Assembly (NCBI GenBank): GCA_043228905.1
Contig: JBHGNT010000010.1
Span: 16,244,001-16,308,000, forward strand
Direction: 5' to 3'
From: Azolla caroliniana
Taxonomy: Eukaryota > Plantae > Polypodiophyta
Length of the DNA: 64,000 bases
Below the pieces are notes generated by a model that was not told the DNA's origin, searched no databases, and saw only the letters and a program-made list of their open reading frames with translations. The translations under genes were made by a program, and so were the position numbers. Of this stretch, positions 25,140 through 38,100 are shown piece after piece. Position 1 is the first letter of the stretch, and each line of letters begins with the position of its first letter.

Positions 25140-28100
25140 TCATGTGTTCATGACACTATCCCTCCTTCGAGAACGCCGAGTGGAAGTCGGCGTTAACATT
25201 GTTGGGCCGGGCTTGTTTGGATAGTGATGATGGAAGTCGTTGACCAGAGCTTCAACATTACAAACGTTATCAATGGGTTCCCAAGTGCGATCACTCGGAG
25301 GATAGCCAAGCCAATCAACTAGATAATAAAGCTTATTGCGCACAATCTTAGAATCGAGAATAGCAGCTACCTCGTATTCGGGGCCGTCCACAAGTTGTAC
25401 AAAAGGCGGTGGTGGCACGACACGATTAGGAATTAAAGAGGTGCGACAAGGTTCCAAAAGAGAGCTATGAAAGACAGGGTGAAACCGCATATATGCAGGA
25501 AGGTTAAGACGAAATTTTGCATCATTAATCTGCGTCGTGATGACAAAAGGACCTAAGCGTTGATAGTCAAGCTTAGCACACGGTCGGGTAGTCTTGATGT
25601 GACGACGAAGCAACCATACACGGTCACCAACCTTAAACGGAGACTTAAGACGATGTCGATCGGCATTTGTCTTATTGTGTGCTTGCGCTTTCTGAAGATA
25701 TGACGATAACTCGAACTGGATTTGTTGTAGTCGGTGGAGGTGATGCGTCGCACTAGGGTTTCGTGACACCTCGGGAAGATCCAGTATACACCATTGAGGG
25801 TGGTTGCCAATGTAGGCAAAGAAAGGTGTAACTTTGGTAGAAGAGTGAACCGTGCTGTTGTATGCAAACTCGGCAAGATGTAAAATATTACTCCAATCAT
25901 CTTGTTGATAACTAATGAAACATCGACGATATTGCTCGAGCATTTGATTTGTGCGCTCTGTTTGTCCGTCAGTTTGGGGATGATAAGCCGAAGAGAGTTT
26001 GCAAGAGATTTTGAGGCCTGCCCATAGGTGCTTCCAAAAGTGTGAGATAAATTGAGGACCTCGATCGCTAATAATATCATTCGGGAGACCATGATGGCGA
26101 AACACTTTATGCATAATGAGATCTACAGTTTCTTCACTATTGATGGTCTTTACAGATGGTACAAAATGTGCCATCTTGGTGAACCGATCCACTACTGTTA
26201 AAATAGTATCAAAGCCTTTGGAAGGTGGCAGATCTGTAATGAAATCCATAGAAATAGACTGCCATGGCTTGTTGGGAGGGGGTAATGGTTGTAGTAAGCC
26301 ATAAGGGTGATGCCGAGGTATTTTGGCGCGACAACAAGTGTCACAAGTGTGAACATAATCTTTGACAAATTTTTGCAAGTGAGGCCACCAAAATGAACGT
26401 TTCACCAGCTCAATGGTTTTGGAAATACCAAAATGTCCAGCCATGGGGGCATCATGACAATGTTCCAACACTTGAAGTCGGGGTGATCCGTGGGGACGTA
26501 AAGGAGATTCTTGTAGAAGAGTAAGCCATCTTGCCACTTGAAGTCCTGATAATGTTGAGATGACCCTGGCAATGTGGAGCAAGATGGACGACTTGAACCA
26601 CAGTGGGCTAAGACATCCTTAGCGAAATCATCTGAATGAAGTTGTTGCCGAATAGTGTCAAGAAGGGTAGAATCAAGTGGCGTAGCATAAATTGTTGTTA
26701 CCTGTAGCTTTGATGGCCCGAGGAGAATTTGCTTTTGATTGTCAAAGGCCGGATCTCCAGGTCAAAGTGCTAGATACGAACGCCGAGACAAAGCATCTGC
26801 TTTCCCTTGTTGTTTTCCGGGGCGAAAAATGATCTTGAAATCGAAATGCGTTAGAAATTGGGCCCACCGAGCTTGGCGTCTATTTAATACTCGAGTTGTT
26901 TGAAAATATGTGAGATTTTTGTGATCACTATAAATGATAATCTGATGAGGTGATCCTTCTAGAAAATGACAGCATTGCTCGAATGAGTCGACCACAACCA
27001 GTAACTCCTTGTCATGCAACTCATAGTTTATCTCCGAAACAGTAAATTTTCTCGAGTGAAACGCGACTGGATGTGTCTGCCCGTCCTCGCCTGGTTGCGA
27101 TAGGATACTCCCCAATGCAAAGTCCGATGCATCTACCTCAATAGTAAATGGCTTTTCACTATCAATATGTGCTAGGATGGGTGCTGATGTGAATGCCTCT
27201 TTCAGCTGCATAAAAGCCTTGTCCGCTTCGATACTCCAAAAAAATGCTTGATTTTTCTTGGTGAGTTGAGTAAGGGGAAACACAATGCTTGAATAATTAT
27301 GTATGAATTTGCAATAGAAGTTCGCAAATCCGAGGAAACACTGGACATCCCGAACTGAGCATGGGGGTTTCCATTCCAATATTGTTTGGACTTTTGTTGG
27401 GTCCATGAAAACACCCTGGGATGAAATAGTGTATCCCAAAAATTCAACTTGTTTGCAATCAAAACTGCATTTCTCAAGTTTGGCATAAAGACCATACTTC
27501 CTTAGGCGTTCAAGTACTTGCCGCACATGTATATCATGCTCCCCCTGTGTTTTAGAGTAAATCAATAGATCATCTAGGTAGATGATTAGAAAAATATCCA
27601 AGAAATCCCGGAAGATGTCATTTGCCATATGTTGGAATACTGCAGGTGCATTTGTGAGCCCGAAAGGCATGACTGTATACTCGAAATGACCATACCGAGT
27701 ACGAAATGTTGTTTTCCACTCATCTCCCAGCCGAATTCGAACAAGATTATATGCACCCCTTAGATCAATTTTGGTAAAATGCTTTGCCCCACTAATGCGT
27801 TCTAAGAGATTGGAGATTGAAGGTAAAGCATACCTATTCCTTATGGTGACTTTATTTAAGCCTCGATAGTCCACGACCAAACGAAGGGAGCCGTCCTTTT
27901 TCTTCACAAAAAAGATAGGGGCACCAGCTGGAGACTTTGAATGTCGAATAAACCCATGTGCAAGATTTTCCTCGATGTATTCTCGAAGAACCTCAAGCTT
28001 AGTGGGTGATAAATTGTAAATCGGACCCCACGGTGGCTCTTTTCCTGGTTGGAGATCAATAGGACAGTCGTACAGCCGATGCTTTGGAAGAACACTAGCT

Positions 28101-28768
28101 TTGACTTTATCGAAAACATCAGCATAGTCTTGATATTTTTTGGGAATTTGGATGTCTGAATTCCCTTGAGTGACACTAGAAGGTGTCACTGATACTGCAA
28201 ATAAGAAAAGCTCCTCCTTGCCTCCCACTTGGCACAATTGTTGCAATGTGATGGCTGAAATTTGATGAGAAGGATATGGTGCATCGGTAGAACTATATAC
28301 TTTAGGAGGATAATCCCGAGTTCGATCCTTGACAATGATATTTTCCACTAAAGGGCACCTAATTTCTCGCTTCCTCCAATCGATTCTAGGGTTATGTAGC
28401 TCGAACCATGGCAAACCGAGGACAATTGGATGCTCAGGACTACGGATAATGTTAAAGGAAACTACACATCCTAAATCACCCAAGAGTATGTGTATTGGCT
28501 CAGACTCTTCAAATATCTTCCCGGAAGCTATGGGGCGTTCATCAATCACTGCTACGGAAACTGGACAAGGAAGTGTATGCAATGATATTTGGTGTTTTTG
28601 GGCAAAATCTCTATCCATGAAACAAGAATGGGCTCCAGTATCTAAGAGGGCTTGGACTTGAAGTTGACAATTGGGTGTCCTAACTTGTACTAGGGCTGAG
28701 AAGACTCTACTGACATGCTTGGAAGAAATGGAACCCACACTAGGTTGTACATATCTAGGGTTGTCCAA
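25140..28768 (-). pseudogene. I1 pol (PR-RT-RH-INT-chromodomain) with stop and frameshift near 26580-26765
   Basis: LLDTGA, YLDDLLIYS, DASDFALG, HDAPMAGHFG, SMDFITDLP, DGQTERTN, YEVAAILDS..YYLVDWLGY..TWEP. Confidence 0.93.
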
Positions 28769-28794
28769 CCAAATGGCTCCTATTTTGGCCGGAC

Positions 28795-29958
28795 TTATTC
28801 GTTTGACTCCTCTTCTAATTGGCTTAGGACTTCAAATTTATTGGACAAGGGTGGATTATTCATAATATTAGATTCACTAACTACTTCTAAAATGTTGGAC
28901 TCATTTTTATTGTCATAGTGAATTTGATTTACCTGACGTCTCGGCCTACAGGAGCAATGAATGGCTATATGTTCTAGACCTCCGCAATATAAGCATAGGT
29001 GGTTTGCTCGATGACGTTGCTTCTCTTCGTCTGACAATGGTCCTCGTCGTTGAGTCATATTGATCTCCATGGGTGCAAGACTGTCCATTGGGACTGGACT
29101 ACGTGTTTGCCTTGGAGATGGAGCAGGGCTATACATTTGCCTTGGGGATGATTGCGCCGTTACTGATGCATAAGTTGGTGTGAATCTTGATCTTGTTATT
29201 TGTTGTTGTCGCTCACATCGTCACTCAAAAAGGCGATTATCACACCATATTGCTCGACTAATAGCTTCTGTAAGTGACCTTGGATCCTCGGGGAAGGTAA
29301 GAAGTAAGTCTTTGACATCACTACGAAGGCCTGAACAGAATTGCTCCATTAGGGATTGTTCATCCCAAGGAATATCGTTTGCGATGAGACGGAAATTGGC
29401 AGCATATGTCGAAGCTAGTTGATCACCTTGACGAAGTGTACGGATCTTGTTGATAGTTGTTCTCGCCCCATCAGTATCTCCGAAACAAGCCTTAAATTCC
29501 TTGATAAATTCCTCGAAATTATTCAATAGAGGAGAATTGGTCTCTAGCAATGGAGCAAACCATGACAACGATATGCCAGTCAATAAGGTGCCCACTAGCC
29601 CGACTCATGATGCATCTGTTGGATAACGCGCGGGATGCATTTGAATCACCAACCGTACTTGATTCAAGAAACCTCGGAAATGCACCCTCGACCCATCAAA
29701 TTTAGCTGGGAGGCTAATTTTGGGCTCCTTGATAAGTCCCTGACCTTCAACCCTTTGTTGTTGTAACACTACGATTGTCGACTCTAACTGTTGCACTCGT
29801 CACGTGAACTCCTCTTGTTGTTGTTGCTTCTCTATAGTAACCTTTTGTAGATCCCCAAGTAGACGTTGATTCTCTACTTCAAGAGATGCGAACTTGGATT
29901 TAAGGTTCTCCATTTCTGCAACAAGGGTGAGATATTCTTCTGAGTTAATGGCAGCCAT
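28795..29958 (-). pseudogene. I1 gag interrupted by TGA stops
   Basis: EPKISLPAKFDG, LRQGD...YAANF, LCLYCGGLEH; collinear with the intact gag at 43934-45061. Confidence 0.9.
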
Positions 29959-29983
29959 GGTTTCAGGATGGTTACAAAGGAGG

Positions 29984-29986
<3 letters not shown>

Positions 29987-30024
<38 letters not shown>
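29987..30024. repeat. (GA)n microsatellite in the I1 5' UTR
   Basis: Perfect GA run between PBS and gag start. Confidence 0.95.
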
Positions 30025-30029
<5 letters not shown>

Positions 30030-30659
30030 GAATCAAACTGTCAGAACCAAGGATAAAAGATAGAGTGATGGAAGAAGGATATTAGAGAACACGAGAAGAA
30101 AGGAACGAAATACTAAGAGAAGAACGGATGTATAAGATAGAGAAAGAAAGAGAATGGATACAAGATATGTAATGAGAGCTAAAGACTGGTGTTGATTTGA
30201 ATTGATTTGAGAATACATGTATGCCCTTATTTATATGTTCCTATAGAACAGCTTAGAGATTTCTAGAATGTTCTAGACCTAGAATGCTCTAGGACATTCT
30301 AGAACATTCTAGAATAATCTAGAGGTTTTACAATAATCAATGTAATACAAGAAGTAGCTTTTATTGTTTCATATAACAATAAGCTATCTTAATGGTTGAG
30401 GTTTTGAAGTATGGATTACAAGGTTCGAGGTTTGAGGTTCAAGTCTGGGTGACGCCATAATGGCCATGTGTTCATGACAGCCCTCACCGGGAATTAGAAC
30501 ACGAACAGGAGTGAACGACCATGCGGCCCTCAACGAGAACTGGAAGAACAAAGAGCAAAGGATTGCAGGTGAATCGGTCGACTTGACTTCTTCTATCATG
30601 AGAGATAAATAGTTGAGGTTGACCCAAAACACGACACAAATGGTAGCGCTAGCGAGAAA

Positions 30660-30967
30660 CGATGCAATCCCCACCAGGAAAGTGAGTGGTTGTGACCCCC
30701 ACCGAAACTAGAAGGTGAGTGGTCGAAATAAATCCTCGTCAAAAGAAAGTGGAGTGAAATGTAGACCAAAATGAAAAATGGAGTGCAAAAGAGCAACAAT
30801 TCGACCCCCACCAATAAAGTGAGTGGTTGTAACCCCCACCGGAACTGGGAAGGTGAGCGATCAAAAGTGATCCTCACGGAAGGAAAATGGAGTGAAACTT
30901 GAACCGAAATGAAAATGGAATAGCAATGATTCGATCCCCACCAGGAAAGTGAACGGTTGTAACCCCC
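30660..30967 (+). repeat. about 134-bp tandem repeat inside O1 (third copy resumes at 31403)
   Basis: CCCCACCA..AAAGTGA..GGTTGT.ACCCCC recurs near 30668, 30805 and 30936. Confidence 0.75.
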
Positions 30968-31402
30968 TATTGAGAGATCAAGCTCAACTAGAGTTAGTTA
31001 GTTAGTCAACCATGTAACTTCGTAGTTACCTAGATAGAATCTAGTTAAAAGTGTTGACTATATAGTCTTAAATAGGACCTTGTACTTAAGTAGGATATTC
31101 TAGATCCTCCACTCCCAGGGTCATTTAATATAGGACTTACATGGTTGTACCTATATTCTACTCACACATGTGCACCTTTGCACATGAGATGTATATATAC
31201 CTCATTGTGGGTATTTTTGTATTTGATGATGCTAATTTAATATAGAGTTAATCATCCTCCATCTTGTGTTGTTCATAAGTGTTAACTTCCTCTCTCTCTT
31301 TCTCTCACACACATACACACATATCACTTAATCTTCCACTTATTAACTTAATCATATAATTAGGTACTAATTAACTCTTGCTTAATTACCTAATTCTTAA
31401 CA
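30968..31402 (+). mobile_element. copia solo LTR
   Basis: TATTGAGAGATCAAGCTCAAC...TTCTTAACA flanked by TSD CCCCC; removing it restores GTTGTAACCCCCACCGGAACT as in the neighbouring repeat unit. Confidence 0.85.
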
Positions 31403-32279
31403 CCCCCACCGGAACTATGAAGGTGAGTGATCAAAATCAATCTGTTTGATGAAGACGACAAGAGGTGATGAAAATGATGATGTCGAAAACAAGGCAATGA
31501 AGATGAGGAAGCATCTCTAAAACCAACGATGTTGATGACGGTAACTCTAGAAGCAAGGACGGTGACAATAGTAACTCTAGAAGCAAGGGTGATGATGAAG
31601 ATGGGTAATGCTTCCAATTGGAAGAGATTCAAACTGTCAAGGACACACCAATCACGGACTATGAAGGAGCACGGATGACGAGGCTATGATCGATAAGACT
31701 ACGAGCATGGAATAGGCAGTGACAAGGCTAGGAATTGTAAACGTTATGCGTGATGAGACTATGAACTTAGGAAGCTATGGAGAGCATGAAGACAAAGATG
31801 AAGAAGGAGACAAGATGGGGTGAAACGACAACACTAGATTGATGTGTCAATGATTGGCGTTGAATCCCCTTGAAAGGGACCAAGGAGGTTACAAGTATTT
31901 ATACAAGTTCTGAGATTGAATATCTCTAGAATATACTCGAGAAATATCTCTAGAGTATACTCGTCTAGAATATACCGTACAATATTTCTAGAATATACTA
32001 ACAACTAGAATATTCTAATTCTGAAATGTATTATATGCTAGACTATAGAATGCTAAACTATTATATACAACTGCATGCTCATATCAAAATGGTTGAGCAT
32101 GACATATTGTTAATGTGAGGTTGTACGTTCAATCCTCACCAACTATGTATTTCATGTCATTGTGTCATGACACCGCCTTTTCGACCCTTCGTCTCTTTTT
32201 GTCTGGCTGTCTACTCGTCTTTCCGGCCATCGTCGTTCGCCGACCGTCTCTGTTCGTGGTCATCTCTATCTAACGACTC

Positions 32280-33546
32280 CACAATAGCTCGACAAGAGGA
32301 GATAAAAAAATGAATTGAGTGCTCTGAAGTTTCAACTCAGCATGGGGGAGGAAAAGGTACAAGGGGGGTACAAGCCATATTGAACCGACACAAGACGGAG
32401 ATGCACCATGCAATCATAGAGGCTCTAGAAACCCGCTGGAAGAAGTGGTTGGCTCAAGCATCCGAGTTGCAATTATTATGAGCCAACCATGAAAATAGGA
32501 AAAAGCAAGGTCAAGGTTTTTTTAAGATGGATGGACGAACATGACCACTATTCGAGATGAGTTGTCCAGGGATTTCTACGAACTGGCAAGCCACCATATG
32601 GAGGAAATTACCAAGTGGCTGGAAGAATATGACGGCCAACAGATTAACTTGCGTTAGAACTTAACTCTTATGAGAAGGAACATCGTCAAAAGGAAAGGGA
32701 GTAGCAACCATCCGGGGAGAGCGATGACAACACACCACAACAATTCGAACAGGGTGAGGTGATCGATGTTACTCAGAAGAAGCGGAAATGTTACAACCAG
32801 ACCAACAACATACATCACCACTGTCAAATAGGATGATTCTAAGGAAGACCAGACACGCAACAATGAGCCTAGGATGGATGATGATGTACAAACAATGGAG
32901 TTACAACAAACAAACATAGCTCAGGAGAAGGAAACAGAGTCAACTACGAGGACTCAACATTCACACCAACCAAAAGATCATCAAACTCCGGACAACTTTC
33001 ATCAAAATGAACATCAGGAAGACGAAGAACCGAATTTGCTGGATATTTTGAATGAGGACGCCGACGAAGATGAGCCTGACGATGACTACCAAAACAAAGA
33101 AGAATAGGAGGATGAGAATGATGAGGAAGCCGACCAACACAATTTTTGGGGTTCGACTGTGCAAGACACTGTTCGACGAGCATGCCATGTGGTAGTCGGT
33201 CGGCTAGCCAAAGTATACGGGTCGACAAGCTGGTCACAGTCGGAGTCGGAGTCGGAGTCGGAGTTGTAAAAGGACTAATGGGAAAGGTAGTAGCCAAAAT
33301 AGTATTTTAGTCGAGTAAGAAAATAGAATAATTAAAAAATAGGACAATTAGGGTAACTATAGGTTCTTGCCAAACGACAAGTGTATTATCTTGGAAGAGT
33401 CTCTCAGGTCGCCTATAAAAAGGGACCGAGAGCATTATAACAACATCGGTGTGTTTTGGTTATAACTTATAAGTAATATAATTTTTGTAGTTAGAGTATA
33501 TGTTGTGTTGTGTATTGTTGTTCAATATCTCTATTACGTCGCTTAT
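32280..33546 (+). mobile_element. 3' remnant of an LTR retroelement with unknown decayed ORF, acidic tract and LTR-like end (33158 onward)
   Basis: Translation similar to 60949-61409; TTTTGGGG PPT-like before TG at 33158; TATAAAA near 33414; ends GTCGCTTA into a (TA)n run. Confidence 0.5.
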
Positions 33547-33677
33547 ATATATATATATATATATATCACTATCAATTGATCAAAATAGTATTCCATAATC
33601 ATCTTAATTAAGAATGATAAATTAACATATATTTCATGTTCTATTACGTTTAAGGAAGCATTAAACAAAGTCGACGA

Positions 33678-35196
33678 TGTCGCGGTAATCCGCTATCGTG
33701 AGGATTTTTTGCTATGGTAAGAAAACCGGGTGGAGCGAATAAAACAGGGATGTGCAACATTGCACATGCACTTAGTAATTTGTAAATAAGAATAAAAAAA
33801 CAAATGTAAAGGGAAAGGTAAAATGTAAGGTGCTAAAAGTGTACTACAAAGTTCGTAAAGTATAAAGGTGATGTGCATTTAGGTGCACATGCACACGTAG
33901 GAAAAGAGAGTGCATAGAAGTAAGGGTGTAATGAGTAGTTGGCATGGTGGTGTGTGTGTGTGTTTGTGTGTGTAAAATGAGAGGAGAGGGAGTTAAGGCC
34001 CCATCAATCTCTCCTCCTAAGATCAAGGCAAATATTCTTCTTCAAAAATAGAGGAATATTTGGCCTCTCCTTTTGTAATAAGCCTCACCTTTTCCACTAT
34101 AAAAGGGGGCGAGGAGGCACTGTTGAGGGGGTCGTCATTTTGTCATTTTGAGGTAGGCCGTTAGAGTTTTCTTTTCTTCTTCATCATTTTGTCCCTATTT
34201 CGTTTTAGCGTTTCGTTTGGTCATCATGAAAGTAGTTAGGAAGGTTTAGGGTTTCCTTCTCTCTCTTTAATTATTGTCGTTTCTTCTAGTTGTGCTTCAG
34301 ACTGGCCTAAATGGCCACGGTTGTAATCATATTGTGGCATCGTGCCTTATAATGGAATTAGTTTCATAAACCTTGGATCCTCTAGTTCTTTATTGTGTTA
34401 ACCTCTCATACATTGTTCCTAACCTTTTGAGCTTGGAGGTCGCAAGGGATAAGCTCTTGCTTCTCCTTTTACTCCCTAGTCCAAGACCCTCATGGTCCCG
34501 CCTTATCCAACACGCGCGAACGAGTCGGTAATGGAGAGTGAGGAGTTTAACCAAAACATTTCCAAATAACTTCGTCGGCACACAGGCTCGAGCATACTAC
34601 AGATCCAGACCAGCCACTAGATACCGGACGATGAGCACACGAGCTCGGACGCGTATGCTATTTCGGACCAACGGTCGGATACCAGTTGATGAGCACATAG
34701 GCTCAAGTGCGTCTACTATTCTGGACCATCGGTTGGATGCCAACTGATGATCACACGGGCTTGAATGTGTCTACTATTCCGGACTAGTGGTCGGGTGCTA
34801 GCTGATGAGCACACAAGCTCAGAAACACAGACAACACTTGAGGGGAATGGAACACAGAAATAAGAATACGGGCTCAACATCGAGAGAAGAATCGAACACA
34901 ACAAACGAAATGGATTAGATAGCATAGGAATACAACTGGACTCGACTAGTAACAAAGTTTCGCGCTCTCAAAAAGCACACACACCAACTCCAATGGACGT
35001 TTGATCAGGAGCACACGGGCTTCCAGCACAAAACATAGCCTCACAATCACCAAAACACAAAAGAAAACTAGATGTCAAAGACCTACAGATAGAAGACAAC
35101 AAAAAATTGACAACGTTTCCTTCTCCAAAATCGTGGATCCCCCACTCTTCTTCTCTCTACCCTCGTATATCTAAAGGGGAGAGAGAGGTCGTTACA
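33678..35196. mobile_element. long LTR-like segment
   Basis: TGTCGCGG...GTCGTTACA termini, TATAAAAGGGG near 34098; no TSD found. Confidence 0.35.
34578..34820 (+). repeat. 58-bp diverged tandem repeat
   Basis: GATGA(G/T)CACA anchor at about 34630, 34688, 34746 and 34804. Confidence 0.8.
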
Positions 35197-38100
35197 TCAG
35201 GTTGTTAAGACAACCACTTTAAGTTCCAGATTCTCTCCTCGATCTCCTCCTATTAATCACTATTATTCCTCTCTATACGTGTGGCCTTAAAGTGCCTATT
35301 AAACACCCCTACCTAGTATTCATCAACACTCAAACTAATACTATGTTATTTACAATTGATATTACATCAAACTCTTTCGTGTGCATCCATGCACACCCTC
35401 GTTCATGCACGGTCGGTTAGGTTTCTCCTTGTGGCCGGAATCCTCCACGACAACAATATTCCATCTCCAATCACAATCCGCTTGATAAAACAATTTAGTG
35501 ATTAAGACATTCGACCGTTGTGTTGGTCGGTAGTGACAACAATCTCCATGTTATAATCTTTGGAGATTGTTTATCGTTGACCTCATATCATGCATCTTGG
35601 AAGCTATCTTACATTTCCATAATAAAACCCTAATAAAACCATCAAAATCCTCTACTAGTAGCTACCTACTTTCACATGGCCTTGTTACAACTCTTGTTTT
35701 TCTTATATATAATAAAATTCCTTTTCATTATTCTCCCCTTACAATCAAGTACTATTTTTGGCTTCATCCGTTGATAGGTGAACATGAATGGATTGACAAC
35801 ATTGAGATTTTCCAATTATACAAGTTCCCTACTCTTACACATGCCCACCGCATAGGTGTGATGTGTGGATCAGTCAACTTGCTAAACCCTACATTGTTAA
35901 TTCCATGGAAATTTCAACAACTTCCAGATCGATTCTATGGTGCTTGCCACTTCACAATCATGAATAGTTATCATATAACGTTGTATATCATATAATAATA
36001 TGATTATAGCTAGATTCTTAGATGTATAATAAGGAGGTCATGGGTTTAATTTTTATGCTCATGAAAATTTCCATAGAAACTAAATGCCTAAAAATGAGAA
36101 TATTCGAGAATATAACCTTTCATTCTAAATGTCACACATTTCTAAATGTTTCCATAAAAGTCAAATGCCTAAAATGAGGATATTCAATAATATAACCTTT
36201 CATTCTTAGTGTATTGTCAAGTTTCAACTACATATGTAAATCACATATTTCTAAATGTTAAATGAAAATATTCGAGAATATAGCCTTTCATTCTTAGTGT
36301 ACTATCAACTAAAGCACACATTTCTAAATGTTTTTGCTGACGGGCTTTGTAATATTAGGCATAAAACGAAACGTGTTGTATGCCTTGTACTAAGTCATTG
36401 TGGATTATTTAGCAAGAGCCGTTTGAAGTTATATCCTTTCATAGTGGATTACTGCATAACATTTGATCAGTTTAATGGGCTTCCACACATGTCATTTGTG
36501 CAATGTGATTGGAGAATATTATAATCTAAAGCATCTTTAAAAATAAAGTTGGCATCTAAGAAAGCTTCACCACCTCTTATAACATAAAAATAACACATGT
36601 TTTGAATCAAGGCTAGATGTAACATCCATAATTACATCTAACATCCTCACAATGGAGGAGACCAAATCGTTTCTTTGTTTGCGAATTCAGGAAATTTTTG
36701 CAATCTCACTTAAGTACCATTAGGAATAAAATATAAAACATTGAAATGCATAATCCCAGTCATGCAAAATTGACACGCACATAAACCGTCTATTGGTATT
36801 TTTATTCCAAAGTGAGGCTAGCAATGGTATTTGGATTCGTTGACAAATGAGACGATGCTTACAATTGAAGTTATTTCAATGTCTCTGTAGATAAAATCCC
36901 ACCTTGGTACGCTTAACCACTGGTGATAGATGCATATGTTTACAAAGGAGTAAACATTAGTACATTAGGGTTCCACCAACTGAATAAAATTTTGTGAGAT
37001 ATGTTATTTATGAGACCATTGGGGAGAGGTTAGTCTATGCTAACAATAGACTTATGTCGATGCCTTTGCAATTTGAGTGATGCGATTAAAAGCCCAATTG
37101 CAAGCGAGAGGCAAGATTCCTATGCAATGCATGATCGATTCCCACGTAATCAAGAGAATGTACGTGCATTTGTGGATTGAGACTCCCGTGAAATGGAAAC
37201 TCTTCATCCATCCCCACTCATGTCCGATGGGTCAGAGTACATTAGTATGCATGAGATGGTTCCGAGAAATGCATGGCATGATCGATTCCCATATACATAT
37301 GTATATGTACATGATGTTTCTATTTGCAACCAAATAATAGAGAGGCTTGGTGAGGAAATTGCAGTCACAGACGGTGCAAGGTGCGTTTCGAAAAGTGCGT
37401 GCAATATGCACCATCATATCTTTATCCTAAAAAACTATTTACTAACCCAACCTTGACTAGTGTCTGTCACGTCTAACTCAAGCAGTAAGGGTTTCCAACT
37501 TGAACATTGTTATTACTAACCCAGAACATTATTTACAGCATGACCACTATCAATTTGAACTCAACCCACATTTTTTCTAACCCGTCCAAATGATTAGCTA
37601 CTCGCACATTTGAAGCCCCTAGATTACTAACCCAATCAATGGATTGTTTAACCCAGGCCAATCCTTTCATGAAATTACCTAACCCTGACTATATTTAGAC
37701 TAACTTGACCAATTATTCTATGTTTACACGACTTTGAGAGGAAAAATAAACCGGTCTATTACTGATCTTGAGCGTGTTTTAATCAGGGATAGTGTCTTCC
37801 AACACTTGTATCGACAAGATCGTGGTATGTGGTAGAATGGTACATGCAAAGGCAAGAGTTATGTGAGAGTGGTAGATTCCAGCAATGTGCAAATTGTAAG
37901 GATCAAAGGTCAACACTTAAAGAAACCAAGAGGATATTACATATGTGACTAGCAACAATACAATGCATATTGCGGATGAGATCCGATATTGGTTTCAAAT
38001 ATTGAGCATGAACACACAATGTCATGCTCCAATGCTCTTATTGTGATTATCAAAACCTTGCAAGTAAATGTAAGTATTCACTTGGAATTGGATGATTGGT

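Larger units (their letters stand above)
24715..30479 (-). mobile_element. full-length Tcn1-like chromovirus I1 (Ty3/gypsy), LTRs 24715-25155 and 30039-30479
   Basis: Near-identical TG..CA LTRs, perfect TSD GCCCT, PPT next to 25155; gag, PR, RT, RH, INT and chromodomain in gypsy order. Confidence 0.97.
23929..32172 (-). mobile_element. non-autonomous LTR retroelement O1 (LTRs 23929-24442 and 31635-32172), host of two later insertions
   Basis: Paired, moderately diverged TG..CA LTRs; TSD CCGTC/CCGCC (1 mismatch); PPT (reverse of TTATCCTCCCCTTT) next to 24442; about 1 kb own internal sequence of tandem repeats without gag/pol. Confidence 0.85.

Noticed and set aside
35200-37400. Short ORFs and AT-rich repeats as a gene
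   Set aside because: No recognisable protein motifs or consistent splice pattern; likely old repeat debris.
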